Positions 6,827 to 7,675 of a stretch of DNA of 7,675 nt are shown here, piece by piece. Every line of letters begins with the position of its first letter. Within the stretch, counting starts at the first letter, position 1. The stretch comes from Amoeboradix gromovi X-113 (lineage: Eukaryota; Fungi; Sanchytriomycota), in assembly GCA_018985225.1 (NCBI GenBank), contig JADGIF010000496.1, positions 1 to 7,675 on the forward strand, written 5' to 3'. A program made the translations under genes and the position numbers. The notes below the pieces were generated by a model. That model was given only the letters and a program-made list of their open reading frames with translations, had not been told where the DNA came from and made no database searches.

Positions 6827-7432
6827 TCAGTCTCTTTTTTTACTGCTTTTGCTTCGTGTAACTCGAGCAGTAGTATCCTTTTTATTAGCGCTTTTGGAGT
6901 AAATTTCTGCGGTAAAAGGATCTTCAAATGTAAGTGCAACTTGATAGCAAATGTAAACGAAGGAGGACAAAACGAGTCCGGTTATACTTCCATACCACAG
7001 TGCAGTACCCATAAATACCATGGTTGATCCATTATACATGGGTGAAGTCGTAACATTAAACGGGAAACCAACAACTCTATTTTTCATTAGTATTCCAAAA
7101 TAGTCACCTAAATAGGTCCCTGTTACTCCCAATCGGTACATGCTGCTGACTACTAGCAGGTTTCCAATTCCGAACAGCATTCCTCCAAGAATCTGCAACC
7201 AATAAATAGGCTTCGTTTGCTGATCCTTAATTGCCAAATGAAACAAATAGTCTCTTAATATACCCAAAATGAATATTGTTAATGCCAGCAAGTAGCACCC
7301 ATTTCTTGCTCCAAACATCTTTGTTAATGTGTTGTTACGATGTTCATTCATTGCAATCAGATTCCAGAATACAGGGTTAAACACAATACTAACTGCTGAA
7401 ATAATAAATGATTGTTTTGTTATATCCAACAT
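6827..7432 (-). CDS. OPI3: Phospholipid N-methyltransferase (OPI3/PEM2/PEMT family), 201 aa
   Basis: FNPVFWNLIA.NEH, GCYLLALTIF.LGILRD, SSMY.LG.TGTYLGDYFGILM..RV.GFPFNV...PMY.GS, AL.FEDPFTAEIY. C-terminal KKRD fits a KKxx signal. Ends in TGA. Confidence 0.93.
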   Translation of the reverse strand: MLDITKQSFIISAVSIVFNPVFWNLIAMNEHRNNTLTKMFGARNGCYLLALTIFILGILRDYLFHLAIKDQQTKPIYWLQILGGMLFGIGNLLVVSSMYRLGVTGTYLGDYFGILMKNRVVGFPFNVTTSPMYNGSTMVFMGTALWYGSITGLVLSSFVYICYQVALTFEDPFTAEIYSKSANKKDTTARVTRSKSSKKRD

Positions 7433-7675
7433 AATGCCACTTGTTTTGAAAATTCATTGACAGTAGCAAATCATGAAGGCTCGTAAAAGCAAGGTATATC
7501 AAAAACAAACCAAGAACTTACGAACATATAATATTCTAGATGTCTAAAACCTTGTCAAAAGGAACTACATTATTCCAGTTCTGCAATACCAATACTCGAA
7601 CACCAAATTCATCATTGAAAGTAGCAAAATCAGTAAATGGATAGATATTACTGACAAATTATCTCCAGTATACCC

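Noticed and set aside
301-7432. A functional metabolic gene cluster or operon
   Set aside because: The genes belong to unrelated pathways (pentose phosphate, lysine, autophagy, proteasome, phosphatidylcholine). Adjacency is explained by genome compaction.
1-7675. tRNA, rRNA, snRNA, CRISPR array, transposon or tandem repeat
   Set aside because: No signature seen by eye (no U1 ATACTTACCTG, U6 ACAGAGA-AGATTAGC, U5 GCCTTTTAC, repeat-spacer pattern or transposase motif). A covariance-model scan was not possible.

Overview
AT-rich, extremely gene-dense eukaryotic nuclear DNA. It most likely comes from a reduced early-diverging fungus or fungal relative (inference from a LYS12-type homoisocitrate dehydrogenase and OPI3-type methyltransferase together with VMP1 and a PITHD1-like gene). 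Five recognisable housekeeping genes lie on the minus strand: G6PD, homoisocitrate dehydrogenase, VMP1, a PITH-domain protein and a phospholipid N-methyltransferase. One orphan membrane-protein gene lies on the plus strand. The main discovery is that ORFs shown as split in the track are joined by ultra-short GT-AG introns. A 19-nt intron in G6PD (819-837) and a 20-nt intron in VMP1 (4692-4711) each restore a conserved motif when removed, and a third 19-nt candidate sits at 3064-3082. All three have T at -8, A at -6 and a pyrimidine at -5 from the 3' end. Several spacers are only about 40 nt, and all five conserved genes have YTT[G/C]AAA within 12 nt of the ATG. Regions 1-300, 6087-6826 and 7433-7675 look partly coding, but I could not resolve gene models there.
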